Below, piece after piece: positions 9,583 through 18,725 of a DNA stretch of 46,124 nt. The stretch covers positions 1-46,124 of the forward strand of contig CAXFFS010000001.1 in the NCBI GenBank assembly GCA_964002385.1, read 5' to 3'. Under the pieces are notes generated by a model. That model saw only the letters and a program-made list of their open reading frames with translations. It searched no databases and was not told where the DNA came from. The translations under genes and the position numbers were made by a program. The DNA comes from an uncultured Gammaproteobacteria bacterium (lineage in GTDB: Bacteria; Pseudomonadota; Gammaproteobacteria; Magnimaribacterales; Magnimaribacteraceae). Numbering within the stretch: the stretch's first letter is position 1; every line of letters begins with the position of its first letter.

Positions 9583-9792
9583 CTATAAACAAACTTCCCA
9601 TCCTTTTTTTTCAGCATGAATAAGCTTATTGCTACTTATTTTCGCATAAGAAGCAAAATCTTCCCATGAAGTAGGGTCTGTAGCTGTTATTTCAAGGATT
9701 TCTCCACTGTTAAGTTCAGACAGTGATAACTTGGTCTTCAATAAGGGCAATGGACAGTTTAAATCTTTGGCATTCAAGTATTTCTTTAGCAT
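9583..9792 (-). CDS. TusA/SirA-like sulfurtransferase
   Basis: 69 aa. It has the CPLPLLK active-site motif (CPxP) and the typical beta-alpha-beta length. Confidence 0.75.
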   Translation of the reverse strand: MLKKYLNAKDLNCPLPLLKTKLSLSELNSGEILEITATDPTSWEDFASYAKISSNKLIHAEKKGWEVCL

Positions 9793-9863
9793 ATTTAAGG
9801 ATAGTTTTTGAACTGATTGCTATTATGTAAGTCAATAATTTTATTAACGACCATTATAACGAT

Positions 9864-11321
9864 ATGATTGAGAATAAATCTTTAAGTTCAAATCTAATGA
9901 AAAGTTTAGTCTTGATGATTCTATTTACATCATCTTTTAATGTCTCTTCTGAAGAATCTTTACCTGAACTTGGAGACACTTCTTCTTCTGCAATTTCATT
10001 AGATTCTGAATATAGATTAGGCAGACTCTATATGGCTCAATTAAGGAGATCTGTACCTGATCTAAAAGACCCGCTAGTGCAGGATTATTCTGAACATCTT
10101 ATTTACAGGTTAAGTGAGTACAGCCAACTGGAAGATAGGCGGTTAGAAATAGTCATGATAAGAGACGAAAGCATAAATGCTTTCGCTGCCCCTGGAGGAA
10201 TCATAGGAATATATTCAGGTCTTATTTACCACTCAGAAACAGAGGGACAATTAGTATCAGTTTTATCTCACGAATTGGCTCACTTAAGTCAAAGACATTT
10301 CGCAAGAAACCTTCAAAGACAACAAGACAGAAGTTTATCAAATGCCTTAATTTTATTAGCTAGTATTGCGATTGCAGCTTCAACTAGCCCAGAAGCTATA
10401 ATGGCTGGACAGCAAGTTCTAGCTCAACAAGCCTTATCTTATAGCCGAAGTAACGAACAGGAAGCTGACAGAATAGGGTTTTTAACGATGATTTCTGCAG
10501 GTTTTGATCCCGAAAGCATGCCTCAAATGTTTGAAATGCTACAAGCTCTTAATAGGTTAAGTGGAGCTAATGAGCTTGAATTTTTAAGATCTCACCCCCT
10601 GACAAAGAAGAGAATAAGTGACTCTAGAACCCGAGCTAGAGAAATAAAGGGTTCAAATTATAAAAACAGCTTAGATTTTTCATTAATTAAGCAAAGAATT
10701 TCTATTGGTTTATTTAAAACTTCACGTCAAGCAGTTATGCAATTGAGACAGGAAAAAAGAAGGGCTAAAAACGAACGGCAAAATATTATTGCTGGGTATG
10801 GTCTGGGCTTAGCCCTTTCTAGAGATAACAAATACAGCGCAGCTCTAGATGAAATAAGACAGGCCCTTAAATTAGATGAAGAAAATCTCATCTTGCAAAC
10901 AGCTTTATTAGAAATTCATTTAAATGCAGGTAATGGGTTGGAGGCAGTTGGAGTTGGAAAAAATTTAATAGAAATGAATCCGTCTAATTTCCCTATTTCT
11001 ATGTTGTATGCAAGAGCCCTAATGCATCAAAAACAATATGGCACAGCTGAAGAAGTTCTAAAAAAACTATTACTTAAAAGAAAAGATGATCCTCAGGTGT
11101 GGTATTGGTTAGCTGAAGTTCAAGGGTTGGCAAGAAAAATAATCGCACTACATCAATCAAGGGCAGAATATTTTTACCTCACAGGAAATTATGACCGGGC
11201 TATTGAACATCTCAGGTACGCCTTGGAACTTGCAGGAAATAATTTTCAATTAAATGAAGTTTTGCAAACTAAGATAGAGAATGTCTTTGCTACCCAAGAA
11301 GAGCTAAAAGACTTTACTTAA
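9864..11321 (+). CDS. bepA: Periplasmic M48 metalloprotease/chaperone with TPR domain (BepA/YfgC)
   Basis: 485 aa with a signal peptide, the HELAHLSQRH zinc motif, a downstream EQEADRIG, and C-terminal TPR-like repeats. Synteny with perM and bcp matches E. coli. Confidence 0.88.
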   Translation: MIENKSLSSNLMKSLVLMILFTSSFNVSSEESLPELGDTSSSAISLDSEYRLGRLYMAQLRRSVPDLKDPLVQDYSEHLIYRLSEYSQLEDRRLEIVMIRDESINAFAAPGGIIGIYSGLIYHSETEGQLVSVLSHELAHLSQRHFARNLQRQQDRSLSNALILLASIAIAASTSPEAIMAGQQVLAQQALSYSRSNEQEADRIGFLTMISAGFDPESMPQMFEMLQALNRLSGANELEFLRSHPLTKKRISDSRTRAREIKGSNYKNSLDFSLIKQRISIGLFKTSRQAVMQLRQEKRRAKNERQNIIAGYGLGLALSRDNKYSAALDEIRQALKLDEENLILQTALLEIHLNAGNGLEAVGVGKNLIEMNPSNFPISMLYARALMHQKQYGTAEEVLKKLLLKRKDDPQVWYWLAEVQGLARKIIALHQSRAEYFYLTGNYDRAIEHLRYALELAGNNFQLNEVLQTKIENVFATQEELKDFT

Positions 11322-11659
11322 CCAGGAGGCCACTGAAACTCCCTTCCAGCAATTAGGTGAATGTGGAGATGAAAGACCGTTTGCTGAGCCCCGGCACCAT
11401 TATTTACAACCAATCTAAAGGCGTCTTCAATACCTAGGTCTTTGGCTATACCTCCTGCCACAAGAAATAGATGTCCTAGTAACTCTTTATCTTCTTGGCT
11501 TGAATCAGAAATTTTTTCTATCTTTTTCTTTGGAATTATCAATATGTGAACAGGCGCAACGGGATTTATATCTTTGAAAGCTAAGCAACTATCGTCTTCA
11601 TAAACAATATCCGCAGGCAATTCTTTATCAATTATCTTTTGAAATATAGTATCACTCAT
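11318..11659 (-). CDS. HIT-family (HinT-like) nucleotide hydrolase
   Basis: 113 aa with the histidine triad HLHIHLIAG near the C-terminus. Confidence 0.9.
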   Translation of the reverse strand: MSDTIFQKIIDKELPADIVYEDDSCLAFKDINPVAPVHILIIPKKKIEKISDSSQEDKELLGHLFLVAGGIAKDLGIEDAFRLVVNNGAGAQQTVFHLHIHLIAGREFQWPPG

Positions 11660-11665
11660 AAAGAT

Positions 11666-11935
11666 CTATAACTTTTTTGACTCATCATATCCTAGGATTC
11701 CTTCCTGTTTAGAATTCTTTCCTTCTTCCAAAGAAACTTTATATCCATCCACATAAGATAGTTCTTTGATACCATCTATATGCATTTTCTTATCCTGGAA
11801 CTCCTTTAAACTTAAGACGTTCTCCTTGGCTTTTTTAGGATCTTCAGCTGCAGTAAAAAAGTTCATATGAACCTCATAGAGCCCTTCTCCTATTGAAGGG
11901 TCATAGTAACCAACATGCACCATGTATAAATTCAT
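11666..11935 (-). CDS. Small conserved hypothetical protein (possibly DUF1543)
   Basis: 89 aa. The family assignment rests only on remembered patterns (MVHVGYY...HMNFF...HIDG..EL..VDGY.V.L). Confidence 0.4.
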   Translation of the reverse strand: MNLYMVHVGYYDPSIGEGLYEVHMNFFTAAEDPKKAKENVLSLKEFQDKKMHIDGIKELSYVDGYKVSLEEGKNSKQEGILGYDESKKL

Positions 11936-11964
11936 AACTTAGGTTTATTTAATATTTTTCATAA

Positions 11965-12309
11965 CTATAAACGAATACCAAAACGAGAAAGTAAAGCAAT
12001 ATATAACCAGTAAACCAAAACAGTGGCAACAATTGAGATAAGAAAAGAGTATATGAAATCCAATCTTTTTAGTGCTAAGGGCAAAACAACAAAAAATGTT
12101 AAGGAAGGAGGAATTAATAAAAGTATTGAGTTAGAAAGATTAACGACCGTGTCTACTTCTTTTGTATCAAAATAAAGCCAAGTAATTGCCAAAGCTGAAG
12201 TTAGAGGTATAGAAGCTAATATGCCAGCTATAAAACTTGATCTTCTAGCTATTTCTGAAATAGCTACGATTATTATTACGGTAATTATTGTTTTGACAAC
12301 CAAATACAT
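11965..12309 (-). CDS. Small 4-TM membrane protein of unknown function (DUF3147-like?)
   Basis: 114 aa with four hydrophobic segments and no catalytic motifs recognised. Confidence 0.45.
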   Translation of the reverse strand: MYLVVKTIITVIIIVAISEIARRSSFIAGILASIPLTSALAITWLYFDTKEVDTVVNLSNSILLLIPPSLTFFVVLPLALKRLDFIYSFLISIVATVLVYWLYIALLSRFGIRL

Positions 12310-12361
12310 GCTAACTCGATTTCTACTAATTTTTTAATTCTCAAGTATTATTATAGAAAGA

Positions 12362-12949
12362 ATGGCTAAGAACAATAAAGATACTAACTTTGAATTGGAA
12401 ATTTCTCAAAAAGAACTACAAGAATTCATTGAAAATTTAGATCCTAAAAGGAATATTCAAGATCTAGCTGCATCTGCAGCTGAAATAATAGCCTCTGCCG
12501 GATTTTCTACGCACTGGGATGATATTTTACCTATGTTGGATGATGAACATATTTCAGAAGATTTAAGATTGGCTGCACATATTATTTTTAGAGCTAAACT
12601 AGTATTGGAAGAGATGGAAAAAGATTCTTCGTTACGTAATATCGTCTATAACACAATGCTAATGATGGATGCCTTAGAGGTGGCCAACATAAAGGGATAT
12701 ATTCCTTCTGCATCTGATGTGAATTTCAATAAAATGGAAGCCAAAACTTCGAGTATGAATATGGCTATCAAAAAAGAAAAAATCATTGATACCATAAGAC
12801 AGTTGGCGAAAGAAAATCCGAAAAAAGGCATCACTTGGCTTAGAAAAAGAGCATCTACCTTGCTTAGTTCTGAAACACAGAAAGGATATAGTTATAGACA
12901 AATCTTAAGAGATACTAAGGGAATGAGAATAAAAAATGATAAAACTTAA
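12362..12949 (+). CDS. Hypothetical protein (orphan, helical, acidic N-terminus and basic C-terminus)
   Basis: 195-aa ORF with coding-like composition and no recognisable motif. Its stop overlaps the crcB stop (shared TTAA). Confidence 0.5.
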   Translation: MAKNNKDTNFELEISQKELQEFIENLDPKRNIQDLAASAAEIIASAGFSTHWDDILPMLDDEHISEDLRLAAHIIFRAKLVLEEMEKDSSLRNIVYNTMLMMDALEVANIKGYIPSASDVNFNKMEAKTSSMNMAIKKEKIIDTIRQLAKENPKKGITWLRKRASTLLSSETQKGYSYRQILRDTKGMRIKNDKT

Positions 12950-13308
12950 TTGTTGGTTATCTGCATACCAATCCAAGTAGCCAACAAACATCCTATTACA
13001 GTAAAGACAATATAACTCATAACAGCCAACCAATTACCTTGCTCAATTAGTTGAAACGTTTCTTTTGAGAAAGCAGAAAAGGTAGTAAAGGCTCCTAGGA
13101 AACCCATTAACAAAAGAGGTTCATAGATTTCTTCATATTTTGGACCCATTAAATTAATTAAAATTCCCAATAGAAAACATCCTAAGATATTTACTGAAAA
13201 AATTCCCAGAGGGAAAAAAAGAAGTTGTGCTCTTTCAATTACTTCAGAAATTAAAACTCTGCATAAGGCTCCTGTAGCTCCTCCAATAAGAATTAAAAAA
13301 TACTTCAT
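12946..13308 (-). CDS. crcB: Fluoride ion channel CrcB/FluC
   Basis: 120 aa, 4 TM. IGGATGALCRVLI and GFLGAFTTFSAFS are typical CrcB motifs. Confidence 0.9.
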   Translation of the reverse strand: MKYFLILIGGATGALCRVLISEVIERAQLLFFPLGIFSVNILGCFLLGILINLMGPKYEEIYEPLLLMGFLGAFTTFSAFSKETFQLIEQGNWLAVMSYIVFTVIGCLLATWIGMQITNN

Positions 13309-13315
13309 TTTTTGA

Positions 13316-13392
13316 TGGTGGGCCGTCGGCGACTCGAACGCCGGACCAATTCCTTAAAAGGGAACTGCTCTACCAAACTGAGCTAACGGCCC
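13316..13392 (-). tRNA. tRNA-Lys (anticodon UUU), CCA encoded
   Basis: The reverse complement is GGGCCGTTAGCTCAGTTTGGTAGAGCAGTTCCCTTTTAAGGAATTGGTCCGGCGTTCGAGTCGCCGACGGCCCACCA. I folded it manually into a cloverleaf: 7-bp acceptor stem GGGCCGT/ACGGCCC, D stem GCTC/GAGC, anticodon stem GTTCC/GGAAT with loop CTTTTAA, T arm CGGCG-TTCGAGT-CGCCG. Confidence 0.95.
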
Positions 13393-13394
13393 AA
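13354..13394. repeat. Direct repeat copy 1 (41 bp): tRNA-Lys from 2 nt upstream of the 5' end through the anticodon loop
   Basis: ttaaaagggaactgctctaccaaactgagctaacggcccaa is identical to 20288..20328, checked base by base. Confidence 0.95.
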
Positions 13395-13513
13395 GGTCGG
13401 CATTATACATATTAACAATTAATAATTTGATATAGTCAAATTATGAAAATACTTCTCTTCAAAGTACTTCTTCAAATGATGAGATCTTATTAATTAAAAA
13501 GATATAATTTGAT

Positions 13514-14203
13514 ATGAATTCTTCCTTAAATTTAATTTGGACCAGAACTCAAAATGTTATTGGTTTTGTTTTAATGATAGTTTTCTTGGCTTATCCATTC
13601 CCTAGACTTGTTTTTATTTCAATAGCTGCCTGGATTTTAATTTCTACCACAGTCACGGCAATTTTACTAAAAACTACCTTTACCATAGCCAATACAGTTA
13701 CTATTTCAAGAGCATATGGATTGGTAATTTTTTCTTTTTTGCTTGCTTACAATCAATCTGTCACTAACTTATCTATTTTTATTTTAGGAATCTGTTTAAT
13801 GGCAGATTTTTTTGATGGTTACCTTGCCAGAATCTTTACGACAAGTTCTGCAGGAAAAGTGCTTGATGGAGAGACTGATCAACAGTTTGTGTTAGTAGCA
13901 GCTTCTACAGCTTTTATTTTTTTAGATATTTCTTTTTGGGTGTTACTTTTCCCCAGCATGAAGTATATTTTTGAAACTTGTTATGATCTATTTAGATTAA
14001 AAGTTAACGAAAAAGAAGGAAAGAAAAGAAGGAAAATTATTGCTGCAATTGTAATGATTATTTTATTTATAAACCTAGCTTTTATAGAAGAAGAATCTAG
14101 TATCTTTTTTTATTTAATAGGTCTCCTAGCACTTTCCTACTCTTTTTTAACAGATCTAATTAGGGCATTGAAGTCACAATTAAAGAATAATCATGTCTCT
14201 TAA
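13514..14203 (+). CDS. CDP-alcohol phosphatidyltransferase family membrane protein
   Basis: 229 aa, polytopic. It carries the signature ADFFDGYLARIFTTSSAGKVLDGETDQ (DxxDGxxAR...GxxxDxxxD). Confidence 0.85.
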   Translation: MNSSLNLIWTRTQNVIGFVLMIVFLAYPFPRLVFISIAAWILISTTVTAILLKTTFTIANTVTISRAYGLVIFSFLLAYNQSVTNLSIFILGICLMADFFDGYLARIFTTSSAGKVLDGETDQQFVLVAASTAFIFLDISFWVLLFPSMKYIFETCYDLFRLKVNEKEGKKRRKIIAAIVMIILFINLAFIEEESSIFFYLIGLLALSYSFLTDLIRALKSQLKNNHVS

Positions 14204-14897
14204 CAAACAACAAAAAATTGTTAATTGGTTTGATATAACATATAAACGTAAAGGTTTTTCTTATCTACGAACTTCTGAAGCATATGAAGTATTCACTAAG
14301 ATTTTGAACTTAAAATCAGGTGACTCAGTTCTTGATGTTGCTTGCGGACCAGGACTTTTTTTAAGTCTCGCAAATGAAATTGATTGTAGATGTACAGGTA
14401 TTGATGCTTCTAAAGAAGCTGTAAAAATGGCTCAAAACTATACTCCTGAATCTGAGATCTATTTGGGAAATTCAGAAAAATTACCTTTTGAAGACAATAG
14501 CTTTGATGTGGTAGTTTGTATTGGTGCCTTAGAGCGTTTTGTAAATCTCCAAGAAGCTCTTGCTGAACAACTTCGTGTCGCTAAACAAAATTCTCGTTTT
14601 TGCTTCTTAGTTAGAAATTCAAGTAGTATTTTATGGACTATCAACATGAAAATATTGAGGCGTCAAAATACAGCTGGACATCAAGATGCAAAGTCACTGG
14701 ATCAGTGGAAACATGTTTTCGAATCTAATGGCTTTAATATTGAAAAAATTTTTCCTGACCAATGGCCTTTACATAAAATAATCTCATTCTTTCCTTTATT
14801 TATAAAAAAAAGAATTATGCTAAGTATTCATAAAGGGGTTTTTCCTCTTAGTCTTTCTGGAGAATTCATATTTCTTCTCTCCAAAAAAAACCCTTAA
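14193..14897 (+). CDS. Class I SAM-dependent methyltransferase
   Basis: 234 aa. Motif I is VLDVACGPGLF and the post-I/II region is LPFEDNSFDVVVCIGALERF. It overlaps the upstream gene by 11 nt. Confidence 0.85.
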   Translation: MSLNKQQKIVNWFDITYKRKGFSYLRTSEAYEVFTKILNLKSGDSVLDVACGPGLFLSLANEIDCRCTGIDASKEAVKMAQNYTPESEIYLGNSEKLPFEDNSFDVVVCIGALERFVNLQEALAEQLRVAKQNSRFCFLVRNSSSILWTINMKILRRQNTAGHQDAKSLDQWKHVFESNGFNIEKIFPDQWPLHKIISFFPLFIKKRIMLSIHKGVFPLSLSGEFIFLLSKKNP

Positions 14898-14903
14898 AAA
14901 TAT

Positions 14904-16505
14904 GTGGTTTTAATGATTGAAAGAAGAATTTACTACTTTATATTGGCTATTTTGTCCGCTCTGTTTTTAAATCTTTTCCTTTCAATATCCTTCACCCCAG
15001 AAAAATGGTTCAGATTAAGTTCAGATTTACTTTTATTTTTACCTTTTCTGTTAATAACAAGTTCTTTATCTAAAAAACCAAATTTCTGGATACATTTGTT
15101 TTGTTTATTAATTTGTTTATTTGGTCTTTACAGGTGCCTCAGTTTAGTTTCTGAATTGATCTTTCATAGACCATTTTCTTTCTTTGATATATTTCTAATT
15201 TCTGAATTAGATTATTTCATAGATCAGAGTCTATCTGCTTATGAAAAAAGCTTATTCATACTAGTAACTCTATCAACAGCTATCCTAAGTTATCTTGTGA
15301 TATTCAGTATCAGTAAATGGATAGTTAAATCATTCAGGTTAAGTAAAAAGATTACGCTGGCAGGAATCTTTTTAGGATTTTTCATGATAGTTTTTATTCA
15401 ATTTTTAGTCATTAAAGAAGGTGATAATTTTTCTGTAACAAGGGGTTTATATTTAAAAGATTTTGTTGTTTTTTTTGATGAAGCCCTAGAAGGGATAAAA
15501 ATCAAAAATAACAAAGATCTAGTAAAAAAAAACCTTGAGTTATCTAACAGCTTCTTAAATAAAGATGCTTATGATCTATCAAAAATAAGTAACACTAATG
15601 TTGTTATTATATTTGTTGAATCGTATGGAGCTGTGTTAGTTCAAAATTCAGATTTATTTGAATCTTATCAAAGCTTTTATACTGAAATGAATACCAAATT
15701 AGAAAAAAAGTTTTTCTCCATGGTTACTGGTTATTCAGCAGCTCCTGAAAGTTCTTGGCTTTCTAGACTAAGTTTTTCATCCGGCACAAAGATGGATCAC
15801 AGATACATAGCTAACCTAGCAATGGTGTCCAATTTGACGACATTAAATAAGAAATTTTCTTTAGAAGGTCATAAAACTTTTAGTTTTATGCCAGGTGTCA
15901 CTGAACATGTTGAATACATAGAATCATTCTTCGATTTCGAAAAAAGAATTCGTTTTTGGCATTTAGATTGGCCTGCTGATATAAATCCAGTTGGCTGGGC
16001 AGTCATTCCAGATCAATTTGCTTTGGAGTGGTTGGGAAGAAAATCAAGTTTCGAGAACTTAACCCCTTTTTACACAGAGATAGTCCTCTCAAGCAGCCAT
16101 ACACCATTTGGCGAAGTGCCTCCTTACATACCAAAAGGAAATTTTAACTTAGAAGACTATCCTTTTATTAAAAAAAGAAATTCTTTGGGTATTTTGTCTC
16201 ACATGGAAAGCAGCCCTAAAAAATACATGATTTCAATTGAATATAGTCTCAATTCAGTTTGTGACTTTATTGAAAAATATCTTAGCCCGGAAGATTTGAT
16301 TATTGTGATAGGAGATCATCAACCTCCTGTACTGAAAACTAATTCTAATCTAGTTCCAGTACATATTATTAGTGGTAAAAAGAGCTTATTAGACCCATTT
16401 GAAAAAATAGGTTTCCATAACAATTTATCTCAATTAAAACTTAAAAAACATATTAATCACGAAGACATTGCGGAATTCCTATTGGAGAACTATTCTTCTT
16501 ATTAA
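14904..16505 (+). CDS. Membrane-anchored alkaline-phosphatase-superfamily protein (sulfatase / LTA-synthase / phospho-alcohol transferase-like)
   Basis: 533 aa with about 5 N-terminal TM helices and then an extracytoplasmic domain. That domain has VVIIFVESYGAVL (metal/nucleophile region) and IIVIGDHQPP (the GDH motif of the superfamily). The start is GTG at 14904 or ATG at 14913. Confidence 0.6.
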   Translation: MVLMIERRIYYFILAILSALFLNLFLSISFTPEKWFRLSSDLLLFLPFLLITSSLSKKPNFWIHLFCLLICLFGLYRCLSLVSELIFHRPFSFFDIFLISELDYFIDQSLSAYEKSLFILVTLSTAILSYLVIFSISKWIVKSFRLSKKITLAGIFLGFFMIVFIQFLVIKEGDNFSVTRGLYLKDFVVFFDEALEGIKIKNNKDLVKKNLELSNSFLNKDAYDLSKISNTNVVIIFVESYGAVLVQNSDLFESYQSFYTEMNTKLEKKFFSMVTGYSAAPESSWLSRLSFSSGTKMDHRYIANLAMVSNLTTLNKKFSLEGHKTFSFMPGVTEHVEYIESFFDFEKRIRFWHLDWPADINPVGWAVIPDQFALEWLGRKSSFENLTPFYTEIVLSSSHTPFGEVPPYIPKGNFNLEDYPFIKKRNSLGILSHMESSPKKYMISIEYSLNSVCDFIEKYLSPEDLIIVIGDHQPPVLKTNSNLVPVHIISGKKSLLDPFEKIGFHNNLSQLKLKKHINHEDIAEFLLENYSSY

Positions 16506-16516
16506 GTAAGGAAAAA

Positions 16517-17641
16517 ATGAATAAAATTAATAACGTAAAAAATGCTATTAAAGTTTCTTCGTTCATTCAGTCTAGCGATCTAGATCTTGACAAAACTACA
16601 CGAGAATTGTGGCCAGCTATACTAGCCTTAAAAAATTTCTTGGTTTCTGCTAATTCTCTTCCTACAACAGGATATTTTCTCAGAAAAGAAGATAAAAATT
16701 CTTGGGAATATTTTGTTCCTAAAGAAAAAAAATCTTTCAAATTTTTTGAGAAAAATTTCAAATTTGTTATTGAAGTTAGATCAACTCCAAATTTTAAAAG
16801 AGAAGAAATTAATAATTTAAATAATCAAAAAAGTAAAACCTTTACTTCTTTTCATTTAACCGAACTGATTAATCAAAATCTGAATTCCAAAATAACCAAG
16901 ATGGTTAATTTGGATTATGACTTAATAAGAGCAATAACTTCCCTTAGCTTGTATTTACCCATTATTTTAGGGGAATGGGAAGCTAAGCAATCTGCTTCAA
17001 TTTTCGTAACAGGTCACTTAACTCAGTCTGAAGATGGGAAAATTGCAAAGAAAGATGGTTCTCCAATTTGGTTAGGGGGAGAATTAGATAAGATGCATAC
17101 ACATAGATTAAGAAGTCTTCATGGATCTTTGTTGATAGGATCAAAAACCCTTAAGCATGATAACCCCCAATTAAATGTGAGGCACTGTGAAGGAAAAAAT
17201 CCTGATCTAATAATTTTTGAAACTAATGATGAGGATTTCTTTGACAAAAAACTTTTTCAGTTAAAAAAAAGAAAAATTTTTCTTTTATGTAGAAATCAAA
17301 GAGAAATGAGTAAAAATTTCAAACTAAAGTCCATAATAAAGAATATAAAATTTGACTGTAATAAAACATTTATATCTCCCAAAGAAATCTTAACCAAGCT
17401 TGTTAAAAACAATATTCATTCTATATTTATAGAGGGTGGAGGAATAACTATCTCGCATTTTCTTGTTGCAAATTTGTTTGATCGTTTTCACTTACAAACC
17501 TCGGATAAAACTCTTGGTTCTGGAATTAATTCTTTTAATCTTCCAACTTCTTCAGATATTGAAAACATATCTGCTTTTATTAGGACTGACTACAAAATTG
17601 ATGAACAAACTTTGTCTGATTATTCTAAAGTGATTCCTTGA
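16517..17641 (+). CDS. Protein with a C-terminal RibD-C / dihydrofolate-reductase-like reductase domain and an unknown ~160-aa N-terminal domain
   Basis: 374 aa. The C-terminal half reads IFVTGHLTQSEDGKIA...LRSLHGSLLIGSKTLKHDNPQLNVR...IFIEGGGITISHFLVANLFDRFHL, as in RibD C-terminal domain (PF01872-type) proteins. Confidence 0.6.
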   Translation: MNKINNVKNAIKVSSFIQSSDLDLDKTTRELWPAILALKNFLVSANSLPTTGYFLRKEDKNSWEYFVPKEKKSFKFFEKNFKFVIEVRSTPNFKREEINNLNNQKSKTFTSFHLTELINQNLNSKITKMVNLDYDLIRAITSLSLYLPIILGEWEAKQSASIFVTGHLTQSEDGKIAKKDGSPIWLGGELDKMHTHRLRSLHGSLLIGSKTLKHDNPQLNVRHCEGKNPDLIIFETNDEDFFDKKLFQLKKRKIFLLCRNQREMSKNFKLKSIIKNIKFDCNKTFISPKEILTKLVKNNIHSIFIEGGGITISHFLVANLFDRFHLQTSDKTLGSGINSFNLPTSSDIENISAFIRTDYKIDEQTLSDYSKVIP

Positions 17642-17666
17642 TCTGGATAAGTACACTAATAGTAAA

Positions 17667-18725
17667 ATGTTTGAAATTGAAGTTCTACAACCACCAAGAA
17701 ATAATCTTCAGTCTGGTGGCTATTTGTTTAATTATAAAATAACTCAAAACCTCAAAAAGAAATGCTCTTGTCGACTAGTTGAAATTGAAAATAAAGATCT
17801 TGTTAAATACTTATCAAAACGTGCTAAGAATAAATCTGTAATTATCTTAGATAGTATTTATCTTAAATATATAGATTATTCAGAAATTGAACCTTTATTG
17901 AAGGGTAGAAACCGTAGAATTATGCTTTTATTGCACTTATTACCTAGCGCTGACTTAAATAAAGAAAATTCAACTCTCACTTTAAAACGAAAAATTCAAT
18001 CTAGAGAACTAGGTTGGATTAAGAAAAGCAACTTAGTAATTATAGTAACAGGTAAAAATTACAAAAAAGAGCTGGTTAAAAAAGGGGTTTGCCCTTCGAG
18101 GATAAAGGTTATCTACCCGGGCCAAGAAACCAAAATACTTAAGAATAAAGAAGTATCAAATAGAGTAAAGCATCCTGTAAGAGGTGTAACAGTTGGTTCT
18201 ATATGTCCAAGAAAGAATCAAATTCTGCTTCTAGAAATACTAAGAAAAATTAAACCTGAGTTATATGAATGGACCTTTATAGGTAATATGGATATATCTC
18301 CTAAATACACCAAAAAATTAATTCATATTGTTAAAAAGGGTAAGATGAAAAATAGTATATTTTTTAAAGATCAGATTCATCACACAAAAGTCATTGAGAA
18401 CCTTCTTCAATCAGATTTATACGTGTCAACTTCAGTTCAGGAGTCCTACGGCATATCTGTAGCAGAAGCTTGTAGTGTAGGTCTACCAGTATTGTCTTTA
18501 AATACTGGAGACTTTTCTTATTGGGTACAAAATAATAAAAATGGTTATTTAATAGACCAAGAAAATACGAAAGAACTTGAAAATAAAATACTTGCTGTTC
18601 TTGCTGATTTAAATTTATTAAATCAATTGAAGATTTCTTCCATAAAGCTTAGCAAAGAAATATCTATTCCCACTTGGGAACAAAGTAGCTCAAAATTTGA
18701 GAAAATCTGTTGTTCTCTCTACTAA
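17667..18725 (+). CDS. Glycosyltransferase, GT4 (GT-B fold) family
   Basis: 352 aa. The C-terminal ESYGISVAEACSVGLPVLSLNTGD is the E-x7-E-like donor-binding region of group-1 glycosyltransferases. Confidence 0.8.
   Translation: MFEIEVLQPPRNNLQSGGYLFNYKITQNLKKKCSCRLVEIENKDLVKYLSKRAKNKSVIILDSIYLKYIDYSEIEPLLKGRNRRIMLLLHLLPSADLNKENSTLTLKRKIQSRELGWIKKSNLVIIVTGKNYKKELVKKGVCPSRIKVIYPGQETKILKNKEVSNRVKHPVRGVTVGSICPRKNQILLLEILRKIKPELYEWTFIGNMDISPKYTKKLIHIVKKGKMKNSIFFKDQIHHTKVIENLLQSDLYVSTSVQESYGISVAEACSVGLPVLSLNTGDFSYWVQNNKNGYLIDQENTKELENKILAVLADLNLLNQLKISSIKLSKEISIPTWEQSSSKFEKICCSLY

Noticed and set aside
13309-13315. I looked for a fluoride riboswitch upstream of crcB.
   Set aside because: Only 7 nt separate crcB from the tRNA-Lys 3' end. 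The upstream sequence folds as a canonical tRNA, not as a crcB-motif pseudoknot.
11300-13315. I looked for a classical island on the 3' side of tRNA-Lys, marked by a duplicated 3' tRNA segment.
   Set aside because: I found no copy of the T-arm/acceptor 3' sequence (tggtgggccgtcggcgactcgaacg or substantial parts of it) to the left of the tRNA. Only the 5'-half repeat to the right exists.
13503-13508. I considered the TATAAT located 5 nt upstream of the first island gene as its promoter.
   Set aside because: It would leave essentially no leader, there is no matching -35 element, and TATAAT occurs frequently by chance in this AT-rich DNA. I did not call it as a feature.
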